Shown here piece after piece: positions 8,792-16,858 of a DNA stretch of 32,603 nucleotides (within the stretch, counting starts at the first letter, position 1; every line of letters starts with the position of its first letter). The stretch covers positions 1-32,603 of the forward strand of contig CAZWIB010000001.1 in NCBI GenBank assembly GCA_964634225.1, written 5' to 3'. Under the pieces are notes generated by a model. It had not been told where the DNA came from. It worked only from the letters and a program-made list of their open reading frames with translations, and made no database searches. The position numbers were made by a program, and so were the translations under genes. The stretch comes from Candidatus Woesearchaeota archaeon. Its GTDB lineage: Archaea; Nanobdellota; Nanobdellia; Pacearchaeales; GW2011-AR1.

Positions 8792-9997
8792 ATGGGTGAT
8801 TTGAAATTTGAGGTGATTAAAAAGATAGCTGAAACTAATTTTAAAGTCAAAGATTTAAGTAAAATCTACAAAGTTGATTCTCTTTCACCTCCAAGTGTTT
8901 TTATTGGTTCTAAATTAAGATACCCTGAAGTTAATGTTGGTATTTTGAGTCCTTTGGAAAGAGATGAAGAGGCTTGGTTGTATGATGATGAGAAATACTG
9001 GGCAAAGCATAATTTTGAAATTAAGCATGTTCTTTATTTGAGAAATAGTTTATTGAATTCTCGTTTTAGAACAAAAGTTACTGATGCACGAATGAATAAA
9101 AAATTTCTTGATATTTCTAAGAATGTTGCAATTGCATCTAAGCCAGTTGATGTTGAGATTGGATTAAAAAACAGAGTTCAGGTTGGGAGAGACAAAGACA
9201 AGGTTTTAACTCCCTTGGGGATGAGTGCTAATTTAGAAAGAGCTAAAATTGTTGGAAATGTAAAAATTGATAAACATGTTGATAAAGTTGTTAATGATGA
9301 ACTTAAGGCCTCTGAAAGTGTAGATATTTTATATAAAAAAAATTTTGATGAATATTTTTTAAGTAAAGTTTTGAGTGTTGGTGTTTTGGGTTTGAAAAAA
9401 GACCGTAGGTTGGTTCCTACGCGTTGGAGCATTACTGCTACTGATGATATGATTGGAAAGCGGTTATTAAAAAATGTAAGAGATTATCCATGGATTGAGA
9501 ATTTTGAATTATTTTATGGGGAGTTTATGGGAAATCAATATGTTATTTTGATGTTTCCAAATGTTTGGAGTTTTGAATTGTTTGAATTGTATTTGCCTGG
9601 AAGTTCATGGAACCCTTCTAAAGAACTTAAGGCTTCAACTGACAGTGAAACTTATTCTGGGAGAAAGAAATATGCATTTAATACTGCTGGAGGTTATTAT
9701 GCTACCAGATTACCTATTTTGAAATATTTAGATTCTATAAAGAAACAAGCAACTGTTGTTGTGGTTAGAATTGAAACTCCTTCTTATTGGACTGCCCTTG
9801 GTGTTTGGGTTGTTCGTGAGTCTGTTAAGAAAGCGTTGGAGAAAAAAATGAAGTTTGATTCTAAAATTGAATTGCTCACAGGAGCTAAAAAAATTTCTAA
9901 AGTGAAATATAAATTTGATGTTGGAAATATTTTGAAAAGAAGTAAATTATTGAATGAGATTAGTTTTCAAAAGAATTTGAGGGATTGGCTGTCTTAG
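8792..9997 (+). CDS. nreA: Archaeal Nre-family (NreA-like) DNA-repair-associated protein with a C-terminal PIP box
   Basis: SPPSVFIGSKLRYPEVNVGILSP matches the sPPsvFvG..gYP.VnvGpl block of Nre proteins. About 400 aa. C-terminus QKNLRDWL fits the Qxx(L/I/M)xx(F/W/Y)(F/W/Y/L) PCNA-interaction motif. Confidence 0.6.
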   Translation: MGDLKFEVIKKIAETNFKVKDLSKIYKVDSLSPPSVFIGSKLRYPEVNVGILSPLERDEEAWLYDDEKYWAKHNFEIKHVLYLRNSLLNSRFRTKVTDARMNKKFLDISKNVAIASKPVDVEIGLKNRVQVGRDKDKVLTPLGMSANLERAKIVGNVKIDKHVDKVVNDELKASESVDILYKKNFDEYFLSKVLSVGVLGLKKDRRLVPTRWSITATDDMIGKRLLKNVRDYPWIENFELFYGEFMGNQYVILMFPNVWSFELFELYLPGSSWNPSKELKASTDSETYSGRKKYAFNTAGGYYATRLPILKYLDSIKKQATVVVVRIETPSYWTALGVWVVRESVKKALEKKMKFDSKIELLTGAKKISKVKYKFDVGNILKRSKLLNEISFQKNLRDWLS

Positions 9998-10044
9998 AAA
10001 AGTATTAAAAGAGTTGTTTCTAATTAATATAAAGGAGGTTGAAA

Positions 10045-10281
10045 ATGGCTAAAAGTAAATGTAACTGTAATTCTGGTTTTATTCTGCTTGCTATGGTTTT
10101 ATTTGCAGTTGGTGTTTATTTCCTTGTTTTAGGATTTATGTCTCAAACTACCAGCGGAGCAGGTTGGAATATGTGGGATTGGAACGCTATGTTACTCTAT
10201 TTAATTGGTTTTGTGGTATTTGGATTAGGAAAGTGGACTAAGTGGAGTGGATGTTCTGATTGTAAAGTACACACGAAATAA
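10045..10281 (+). CDS. Small two-TM membrane protein with terminal Cys pairs
   Basis: GGAGG at 10033-10037, 7 nt upstream of ATG 10045; the ORF-finder TTG at 10039 is less likely. CNC near the N-terminus, CSDC near the C-terminus, and two hydrophobic helices. Confidence 0.6.
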   Translation: MAKSKCNCNSGFILLAMVLFAVGVYFLVLGFMSQTTSGAGWNMWDWNAMLLYLIGFVVFGLGKWTKWSGCSDCKVHTK

Positions 10282-10282
10282 A

Positions 10283-10305
10283 TTTTTTATAATTTTTATT
10301 TTTTT
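10283..10305 (+). terminator. Oligo-T runs (T6, T5, T7) after the 10045-10281 CDS
   Basis: Archaeal terminators are oligo-T tracts. Three runs occur within 23 nt, right after the stop codon. Confidence 0.4.
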
Positions 10306-10310
10306 AAGAA

Positions 10311-11054
10311 TTATTTTAACTTATAAACAGCATTTACATATGCTGTAACATCTTGTCCTGAAGGTGTTATGCTTGTTGCTGCTTCTCTTGCAATTTCCAT
10401 GTTTCCGCCTGCTTCTGCAAAATCATAGGCTCTTATTGGATAATAATTAAAATCATTTAAAGAAACAGATTTAAGTTTTCCTACTTTTTTGTTAAATCCT
10501 TCTGCTATTGCTTCTGCCTTTATTCTTGCATCTGATGCTGCAAGTTTGATTGCTTCTGCTTTGTATTCTTGTTCTAGCTCATCACTTAATTCAAAATTAA
10601 TGTAACTAATTCCTGTTCCTGCATTTGTTCCCGCATCAATTAAATCACCTATTAGATTTATTTGTTCTGTTGATAATTCAATTTTTAATGAATGAGTTGC
10701 TTTGTATCCTATTAATTCTTGTTTTCCACTATTCCAATTATATTCTGGGTAGATGTTGAAGTTTTGAGTTTCTAATTCTGATTCAATTCCTAATAATGCT
10801 ACTTGATCTCTTAATTCATTTACTATGTTTGTGTTTAGATCTTCTGCTTCTTTTGATGTTTCTCCTTGTGTCTCAACATTATAGAAAAGCGTGATTAAAT
10901 CTGGAGTCACTTCTATTGTTGCTTGTCCGCTTACTTGGATATCATCTCCTGAAGAAGGAATAAATGATTTTATTGTGAAAATTGTTATTAATGTTAAGAT
11001 AATTATTGCTGCAACAATAATTAATGTTATTTGTACTGAAGATTTTAGTTTCAT
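10311..11054 (-). CDS. SIMPL-domain (DUF541) membrane-anchored protein
   Basis: N-terminal TM. GYKATHSLKIEL and EAIKLAASDARIKAEAIAEGFNKKVGKLKSVS blocks are typical of SIMPL/DUF541. Start placed at ATG 11054 (MKLKSS), 1 nt after the stop of the small upstream ORF; in-frame alternatives are 11069 and 11093. Confidence 0.7.
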   Translation of the reverse strand: MKLKSSVQITLIIVAAIIILTLITIFTIKSFIPSSGDDIQVSGQATIEVTPDLITLFYNVETQGETSKEAEDLNTNIVNELRDQVALLGIESELETQNFNIYPEYNWNSGKQELIGYKATHSLKIELSTEQINLIGDLIDAGTNAGTGISYINFELSDELEQEYKAEAIKLAASDARIKAEAIAEGFNKKVGKLKSVSLNDFNYYPIRAYDFAEAGGNMEIAREAATSITPSGQDVTAYVNAVYKLK

Positions 11055-11055
11055 T

Positions 11056-11193
11056 TTATTTATATTCATATGTTTTTCTTCTTCTGTATACAAAAATTAA
11101 ATACAAAAGCCCTACTGGAAGGAATATTATTAACCAAAAGATTAGCCAGAATAAACTTCCTGATTTTTCCACCCTTACTTTTCTTCTCGCCAT
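11056..11193 (-). CDS. Unlisted 45-aa membrane protein, PLDc_N-like (MARRKVRVEKSGSLFWLIFWLIIFLPVGLLYLIFVYRRRKTYEYK)
   Basis: Translated by hand; it is below the ORF-track size cutoff. W..I....P.G...Y..F..RRR resembles the small PLD-nuclease N-terminal membrane domain. The start is 29 nt from the A/T box at 11215-11223. The stop is 1 nt before the SIMPL ATG. Confidence 0.5.
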   Translation of the reverse strand: MARRKVRVEKSGSLFWLIFWLIIFLPVGLLYLIFVYRRRKTYEYK

Positions 11194-11214
11194 TATATAA
11201 TATAATGAAATAAA

Positions 11215-11223
11215 CTTTTTAAG
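11215..11223. promoter_or_regulatory. Shared bidirectional A/T box (CTTTTTAAG) for 11193(-) and 11245(+)
   Basis: 11245-11216=29 and 11222-11193=29. Same geometry as the 3068-3075 box. Confidence 0.45.
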
Positions 11224-11244
11224 TGTTAGGTTGTCAAAAATATA

Positions 11245-12159
11245 ATGAAAAAATTAGTTTCTGCTTTGGTTCCTTTGTTATTTCTTCCTTTTGCAAGTTC
11301 TTCTCAGAATTTGGAAAAATTTGAAGATTATGTTCCTAGAGCTAGTTCAAAATTAGATGATACTTTTAACAAATATTATAAGTATTTTGCAACAGAGGTA
11401 GAAACTTGGAAGAGGGCTTATCTTTTAGATTCTACAAAATCTTTATGGTGTCTAAGAAATACAATGGAGATTTATGATACTCTTCCCACTCCAACTAAAG
11501 AAAGGAGCGAAATTGTTTATGATTCTCTTTATGCGGCTTATGGTGAAGACAGAAAAGATAAAACTTTTGTAATTCTTACTGGAAGAAGAGGTAAAACAAA
11601 ACGGGCTTTGGAAAGGGCATTTAGTCCTGTTAACAATTATTTGGAAAATTTTGCTTATAGTTTATTGGAAAATGATCTTCCAACTTCTTTAGCTGCTCTT
11701 CCTTTTATTGAGAGTGGGTTTAGAAATGATGCTAGTTCTTGGGCTGGGGCTGTTGGGATGTGGCAATTTATGCCTGAAACAGCAAGACGTTGTGGTTTGA
11801 AAGTTACTAAATGGAAAGATGAAAGAAAAGATCCTGAGATAGCTATAGGGGGGACTATTAATTATTTTAAAAGAGCTTATAAAAAATTTGGTGAAGACAA
11901 TCATGTTTTGGCTTTGGTTTCTTATAATACTGGAATGGGTAATCCAAATTTTAAAAATCATGAAACTAGAAATGATATAGCCATTATAATGGATTTGAAT
12001 TGGGTTCCTAGGCAATATATTCCTTCTTTTCTTGCTATGTTAAAAATTGCAAAAAATCCTTGTAAGTATGATCTTGATATTGATTTTAATAAAGGTCTTG
12101 AAAAGCATTATTATATTGATTTTAGAAAAAATAGTTTGGAATTTTATTTTTCTGAGTAA
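11245..12159 (+). CDS. Secreted lytic transglycosylase (SLT domain, GH23)
   Basis: Signal peptide MKKLVSALVPLLFLPFASSS. Catalytic block LPFIESGFRNDASSWAGAVGMWQFMPETARRCGL (ES ... S.aGA.GlmQfmp.Ta) and LALVSYNTGMGN (AYNaG). Confidence 0.8.
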   Translation: MKKLVSALVPLLFLPFASSSQNLEKFEDYVPRASSKLDDTFNKYYKYFATEVETWKRAYLLDSTKSLWCLRNTMEIYDTLPTPTKERSEIVYDSLYAAYGEDRKDKTFVILTGRRGKTKRALERAFSPVNNYLENFAYSLLENDLPTSLAALPFIESGFRNDASSWAGAVGMWQFMPETARRCGLKVTKWKDERKDPEIAIGGTINYFKRAYKKFGEDNHVLALVSYNTGMGNPNFKNHETRNDIAIIMDLNWVPRQYIPSFLAMLKIAKNPCKYDLDIDFNKGLEKHYYIDFRKNSLEFYFSE

Positions 12160-12186
12160 ATTTGTTCTTTTTAGTAGTCCTAAGCA

Positions 12187-12194
12187 TTTAAATA
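12187..12194 (+). promoter_or_regulatory. TATA box (TTTAAATA) for the CDS at 12216
   Basis: Lies 29 nt upstream of ATG 12216. Confidence 0.55.
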
Positions 12195-12215
12195 TATTTT
12201 AAAGATTGTTTTTTT

Positions 12216-12497
12216 ATGGAAGGGGAAAAAGTGTTGACTGTTCGGGAACGAGCATACATTTTAGATAAGATTGGGGGTACTGATTTTTTTGTTGAAGAGT
12301 TTGGACAGCTTGATGAAATGGTAGAAAAAGAATTGGTTGTTTCTATTTTTAGGAAGCTTGAGTTGACTTATCGTTTTCCAACTTCTTCTAAGTATTTTCA
12401 ATTGAAACATCTTAATTTTACAGAAGAACAAGCAAAAGAAGCATTAGGAGATTTGGAAGAGTTTAAGCAAATGTTTGAAGAAGCTTTGGAGGCTTAG
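12216..12497 (+). CDS. Hypothetical acidic protein (93 aa)
   Basis: ORF with a canonical promoter spacing. No motif recognised. Confidence 0.5.
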   Translation: MEGEKVLTVRERAYILDKIGGTDFFVEEFGQLDEMVEKELVVSIFRKLELTYRFPTSSKYFQLKHLNFTEEQAKEALGDLEEFKQMFEEALEA

Positions 12498-12710
12498 GAT
12501 TATCCCAAAAAAAGAAGAAAAGTTATAAAAGTAAAGAATAATAAAATATTGTGTGGAAGATATAACCCAACAAATCTCAATTTTTGTAGCAAATGCAAAG
12601 AACAATGGTTCTATATCTGGAATAATAAAAAATAATTTAAATAGTCAACGAACCAAAAACAGTTAAATAAAAAAAAATAAAAAATTCACCTCTAAATTTA
12701 GACCTTAAAA

Positions 12711-12983
12711 TTATCTCCTGTTAAAGTCTCTTCTTGGTCTTTCTTCCATTGGTTTTGCTTCAGAAACCTTAAGTTCTCGACCTTCAACTTCTTTTCCGTT
12801 CATTTCTGAAATTGCTTTGTTAGCAGCAGCATCATCGTCAATTGTCACGAAACCGAATCCCTTAGATCTTCCTGAAAACTTGTCCTTAATTAGTGTTACT
12901 TCCGATGTTTCATGACCTTCGAAAAGCTTCTTCAAACCTTCTTCGTCAACACTCCAAGGCAAATTACCTACATATATCTTCAT
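12711..12983 (-). CDS. Single-RRM RNA-binding protein (bacterial Rbp-like)
   Basis: RNP2 IYVGNL and RNP1 KGFGFVT in a 90-aa protein with a basic tail. GGAGG (complement of 12990-12994) lies 6 nt upstream of the ATG. Confidence 0.85.
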   Translation of the reverse strand: MKIYVGNLPWSVDEEGLKKLFEGHETSEVTLIKDKFSGRSKGFGFVTIDDDAAANKAISEMNGKEVEGRELKVSEAKPMEERPRRDFNRR

Positions 12984-13075
12984 TTTGTCCTCCTTACATT
13001 CATTTAAGAATTAACTACTTGACTCCATTTTATCTAATATCTTTACTTAACCACTCCTTCTTTTAAACCTTTTGA

Positions 13076-13393
13076 TTAATAATTAAATCTTTTTTCATAT
13101 GTTTTGTGATCCATCCATTCTAAAAGAACAGATAAAATAGAAATCTTGCTATCTTTAACTGTATAAATAAGTCTCCAAGCTCCAGGCAAGTTATATTTCC
13201 ATAAGTTTGTTAATTTTCCAAATTTTTTTGGATACTCTTTAGGAATTAGTCTTTTTGGAATTTGTATCCCACAAAAAGCATTTTCTTTCAAATTATTTAA
13301 AGCCTTATCTAATTGTTTCTTTAAATCTTTATCTTCAATACAATCAAATTCTTTTTTAAGTTTTGAATTTCCAAATACAACATCACTTTTCAT
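13076..13393 (-). CDS. RelE/ParE-superfamily toxin-like protein
   Basis: C-terminal half NLWKYNLPGAWRLIYTVKDSKISILSVLLEWMDHKTYEKRF fits the RelE/StbE pattern (l.g..yRliY.i.d..i.il.v..H..Y.r). ATGA overlap with the upstream gene. Confidence 0.6.
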   Translation of the reverse strand: MKSDVVFGNSKLKKEFDCIEDKDLKKQLDKALNNLKENAFCGIQIPKRLIPKEYPKKFGKLTNLWKYNLPGAWRLIYTVKDSKISILSVLLEWMDHKTYEKRFNY

Positions 13394-13668
13394 TTAGATT
13401 TTCTCCAAAACAAATCTTTTCTTTTTAAATATCTCTCAACCCCTTCAGGATCCCAAATCCACCCTATTTTTCCTTCTGTATCAACTGCGATTTTTCTAGA
13501 ATAAAGGAGATAATCAATAATTACAGAAAAAGTTTGATACATCATTTTTTTAGGAAGCTTTTGCCATAGTTGCTTTTTTTTGAATTCTCCGCTAGTATCA
13601 TAAATTAATTTTTCAACCATTAAAACACTGTCTAATCTTGGATAATGTAAAATTTTTTGTACATTCAT
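13390..13668 (-). CDS. Putative cognate antitoxin or partner (92 aa, fold not recognised, possibly winged helix)
   Basis: Lies upstream of, and 4-nt overlapped (ATGA) with, the RelE-like gene. Its own TATA box is at 13690-13697. Confidence 0.45.
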   Translation of the reverse strand: MNVQKILHYPRLDSVLMVEKLIYDTSGEFKKKQLWQKLPKKMMYQTFSVIIDYLLYSRKIAVDTEGKIGWIWDPEGVERYLKRKDLFWRKSK

Positions 13669-13689
13669 AGTTATATAAACTTATATACC

Positions 13690-13697
13690 TTTATAAA
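13690..13697 (-). promoter_or_regulatory. TATA box (TTTATAAA) for the toxin-antitoxin-like pair
   Basis: The 5' edge on the minus strand (13697) is 29 nt from ATG 13668. Confidence 0.5.
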
Positions 13698-13702
13698 TGT
13701 TT

Positions 13703-16030
13703 TTATTTAGAACTATTTTGAGCAGCCTCAGCCCTTTTCTTAACCCATTCTTCATTTGTTTTACATTCAGGATTCCAACAGAAAATCCATGGCTTTCTGT
13801 TTCTTGCTAATCTCATTAACATTGGATATCCACATTCTTCACAAACTTTATCTGTTTTCTTAATAACTCCATTTGGTGGTAAACTAAAAGTATTAGTACA
13901 ATCAGGATAAGCATTACATGCAACAAAGAACCTTTTATTCTTTTTAGAATAAGTAATTCCTAAATAACCTTTACCACATTTAGGACATTTAATTAACTGA
14001 TTTTCTATTTTTTGTTGTTCTCTGAATTTAAGATTAGCATCAACTAATTCCGAACCAATTTTCTTTTCATTTTTCTCAAAATCTTTTCCAATATTGGTAA
14101 TTGTTTTTTTAGCTTTCTCAATTATTTTTGTTTCTTGTTTCTTCAAATCTTTTTTCTCCTTTTTCTCCTGAATCTTTTCTAAATCTTCTTCAAAAGATCT
14201 TGTTAATTTTTCATCAATAATAATTGGAGAATATCTTTCTAAAGTTTCAATTAAAGAAATTCCTAAAGGAGTAGCTTTAATACTTTGACCTTCAACATAA
14301 CCTCTATCATAAAGTGTTTCTAATATGGAAGACCTAGTAGCTTTTGTTCCTAGATTTCTTTTTTCCAAACCAGAAATAATTGAAGCAGGAGAAAATCTTT
14401 TTGGAGGTTGTGTTTCTTTTTCCTCAGTCCTTGAATCTAAAATATCAACTTCTCCATTAACATCTGGAATCTTTTCTTCTTTCATTTTAGATGGATAAAT
14501 TTCTAACCAAGCTTTCTTACGAACAACTTGGCCTCGAACAGAAAACTTCAAATCATCAACTACGGCACTTACTGTTTTATTATCCATAATAGCGGCATCA
14601 CAAAATAAACTCAAGAATCTTTTAACAATTAACTTGTACACTTTATCTTCATCACCAGATAATATTTGCTTATTGCCTGTAGGATATATTGAAGGGTGAG
14701 CAGCATCAACTTTTTTACCTTCAACCGGAGTTTTCCTTGTAATTAATTTTTCAACATTAAATTCTTCTGCTAATTGTTTTAATATTTTATCATAACCAAT
14801 TTCTTTTGGTAATTTCTGTGAAGAAGTTCTTGGATAAGAAATTAAACCTGCTAAATACAAAGATTGAGCTACTTGTAAAGTATTTTTAGGAGTAATTCCA
14901 TAGAATTTATACGCCTCTGTTTGCAATGTAGTTAAATTAAAAGGAGGCAAAGGCTCTAATTTCATTTCTCTTTTTTTAGTTTCTGCTTTTGCTTTTTTTC
15001 CCTTTAAATCTTTAAACTTCTCTAATTCTTTTTTATCAAACAAATCTTTATTGTGTTTTAACTCTAAACCCTTGATTCCATCATCTATTGTGATGAAAGC
15101 TTGCCAATATGTTTCTGGTTTAAATTTCAAAATCGCTTTTTCTTTTTCAACAACCATATTCAAAGCAGGACCTTGAACTCTTCCAATTGACATTATCTTA
15201 AACTTTCCAGTTGTTTTTACAGCATTCATTAGAGCTCTTGATAAGTTAATACCATAAAACCAATCTAAATAGTGTCTTGTTTCACCTGCAATTGCTGAAC
15301 CCCAATTAATATGTGCCATTTTATCCTCATATGCTTTGTTTAATTCAATTTTAGTTAATGTAGAGAACTTCATTCTTGAAGCATCTTCTTGATTACAAAT
15401 ATATTTCATTACATTCATTCCAATAACCTCACCTTCAATATCATAATCTGTTGCAATTGTCAAACTTTTAGCACCTTTTACTAATTTTAAGATTGTATCA
15501 TAATATCTTTTTGTAAAATCTCTTTTTCTTGCAAGATAATTTGGAGCCCAAGAAATATCAAAGACTGGAACTTCTGTTCCTTTTTCATTTTGTTTTAATG
15601 TAAATAAATGTCCTACTGCACAAGCAACCATTAATTTTTTGCCATTTCTATCTACTTCATAATAAGGAACTTTGTTCAAGTTTTTTTGAACCGCCTTACC
15701 AAGAGCATTAGCAATTTTTAATGCTGCTTGCGGTTTTTCTGTTATAACCAGTTCATATCCAGATGCTTTTAAGCTAACTTTTGGCACTGTATATTTTACA
15801 GTTGTTTTTTTAGCTGTTTTTTTCTTCTTTTTTCTGGATTTCTTTTTACCTTTAGATTCTATTTTTTCAACTTGTTTTTTTTCTTTTACTGGTTTTTCTG
15901 TTATTTTCTTCAAGGTATCAACTGAATCTTTGACTTCCTTTTCAGTTGCATATTTTACATCTTTTTCATCAACTGTGAAGTTACTTTCAGCAGCCTTGTC
16001 TTCATTTGATTTTTTTAGTTTTTTAGGCAT
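13703..16030 (-). CDS. topA: Type IA DNA topoisomerase (Topo I/III-like) with a Lys-rich N-terminal extension and C-terminal zinc ribbons
   Basis: Toprim LVITEKPQAA and TDYDIEGEVIG. Active-site GLISYPRTSSQ (YPRT). Ribbons CPKC...CNAYPDC and CEEC...CWNPEC. The first ~90 aa are K/E-rich. Confidence 0.85.
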   Translation of the reverse strand: MPKKLKKSNEDKAAESNFTVDEKDVKYATEKEVKDSVDTLKKITEKPVKEKKQVEKIESKGKKKSRKKKKKTAKKTTVKYTVPKVSLKASGYELVITEKPQAALKIANALGKAVQKNLNKVPYYEVDRNGKKLMVACAVGHLFTLKQNEKGTEVPVFDISWAPNYLARKRDFTKRYYDTILKLVKGAKSLTIATDYDIEGEVIGMNVMKYICNQEDASRMKFSTLTKIELNKAYEDKMAHINWGSAIAGETRHYLDWFYGINLSRALMNAVKTTGKFKIMSIGRVQGPALNMVVEKEKAILKFKPETYWQAFITIDDGIKGLELKHNKDLFDKKELEKFKDLKGKKAKAETKKREMKLEPLPPFNLTTLQTEAYKFYGITPKNTLQVAQSLYLAGLISYPRTSSQKLPKEIGYDKILKQLAEEFNVEKLITRKTPVEGKKVDAAHPSIYPTGNKQILSGDEDKVYKLIVKRFLSLFCDAAIMDNKTVSAVVDDLKFSVRGQVVRKKAWLEIYPSKMKEEKIPDVNGEVDILDSRTEEKETQPPKRFSPASIISGLEKRNLGTKATRSSILETLYDRGYVEGQSIKATPLGISLIETLERYSPIIIDEKLTRSFEEDLEKIQEKKEKKDLKKQETKIIEKAKKTITNIGKDFEKNEKKIGSELVDANLKFREQQKIENQLIKCPKCGKGYLGITYSKKNKRFFVACNAYPDCTNTFSLPPNGVIKKTDKVCEECGYPMLMRLARNRKPWIFCWNPECKTNEEWVKKRAEAAQNSSK

Positions 16031-16077
16031 TTTATTTAGAAAAAGGGCGTTTTGGAGGTTTTTATAGGTTTTTCTTA

Positions 16078-16692
16078 TTAAATTTCAAAAATTATAGGTT
16101 TTTTAGCAACATTTATTATCCTTGTTTTTCCAATTTGTTCTTCAATTCCACCTATTTCATGAATATGTCCACTTAAGACTAAATCTGGTTTAAATTTTTC
16201 AATTGCTTTTTTTACTGCTTTTGAAGTTCCAAATCCTAATTTATGTGCAATTCCTCCTTCATGGGTTGCGTGAGTTACCATTATTTTCTTTTTCATATTT
16301 TTTATTTTATCATGGCCTTGTTCTAGTGCTTTAAGGATTTCTTTATCTCCTGTCCAAAACGGGCCCACCTTTGGATCATATCCTGCACCAAAAATTCCTA
16401 AATCATTTTCTTTTATTCCAGCACCATGAATATTTTTTACATTAGGATATGCTTGAGCTAAAAAATCTATTGTTGGAGTTGCTTCATGGTTTCCAGGAAC
16501 CAATAATACTTTTTTATGAACTTTAGTAAACGGGCCTATTAGATCTTTTACTGATTGATCTAACAATGTTATGTCTCCTGGAATTATTACTAGGTCTACT
16601 TTTTCATCTTTTGCCTTTTGTGCTAGTTTTTTTACTAAACCAGTGTCTCCATGAATATCTCCAATGGCCATTATTTTTGTTTTCTTCGTCAT
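16078..16692 (-). CDS. Metallophosphoesterase (calcineurin-like, MJ0936/YfcE type)
   Basis: GDIHGD, PGDIT, GNHE, THATHEG and GHIH motifs in the canonical order. Confidence 0.8.
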   Translation of the reverse strand: MTKKTKIMAIGDIHGDTGLVKKLAQKAKDEKVDLVIIPGDITLLDQSVKDLIGPFTKVHKKVLLVPGNHEATPTIDFLAQAYPNVKNIHGAGIKENDLGIFGAGYDPKVGPFWTGDKEILKALEQGHDKIKNMKKKIMVTHATHEGGIAHKLGFGTSKAVKKAIEKFKPDLVLSGHIHEIGGIEEQIGKTRIINVAKKPIIFEI

Positions 16693-16759
16693 GGTATAAA
16701 TATAAATGATTAGTTAATAAGGGTTTTGTTATATATTTTACTAAATAACCGTTGCTATT

Positions 16760-16781
16760 TTCACTAAACAGTTGTAGTGAA
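16760..16781. promoter_or_regulatory. Inverted repeat TTCACTA-n8-TAGTGAA in the divergent spacer upstream of the small wHTH gene
   Basis: Two 7-bp perfect arms at 16760-16766 and 16775-16781. Candidate operator; no functional evidence. Confidence 0.3.
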
Positions 16782-16858
16782 TTTTAATATATATGTTTCA
16801 ATACATTTAAAAGTAAAATATTGTCTCAATATATACATTAAATTGAACATATCTAAAA

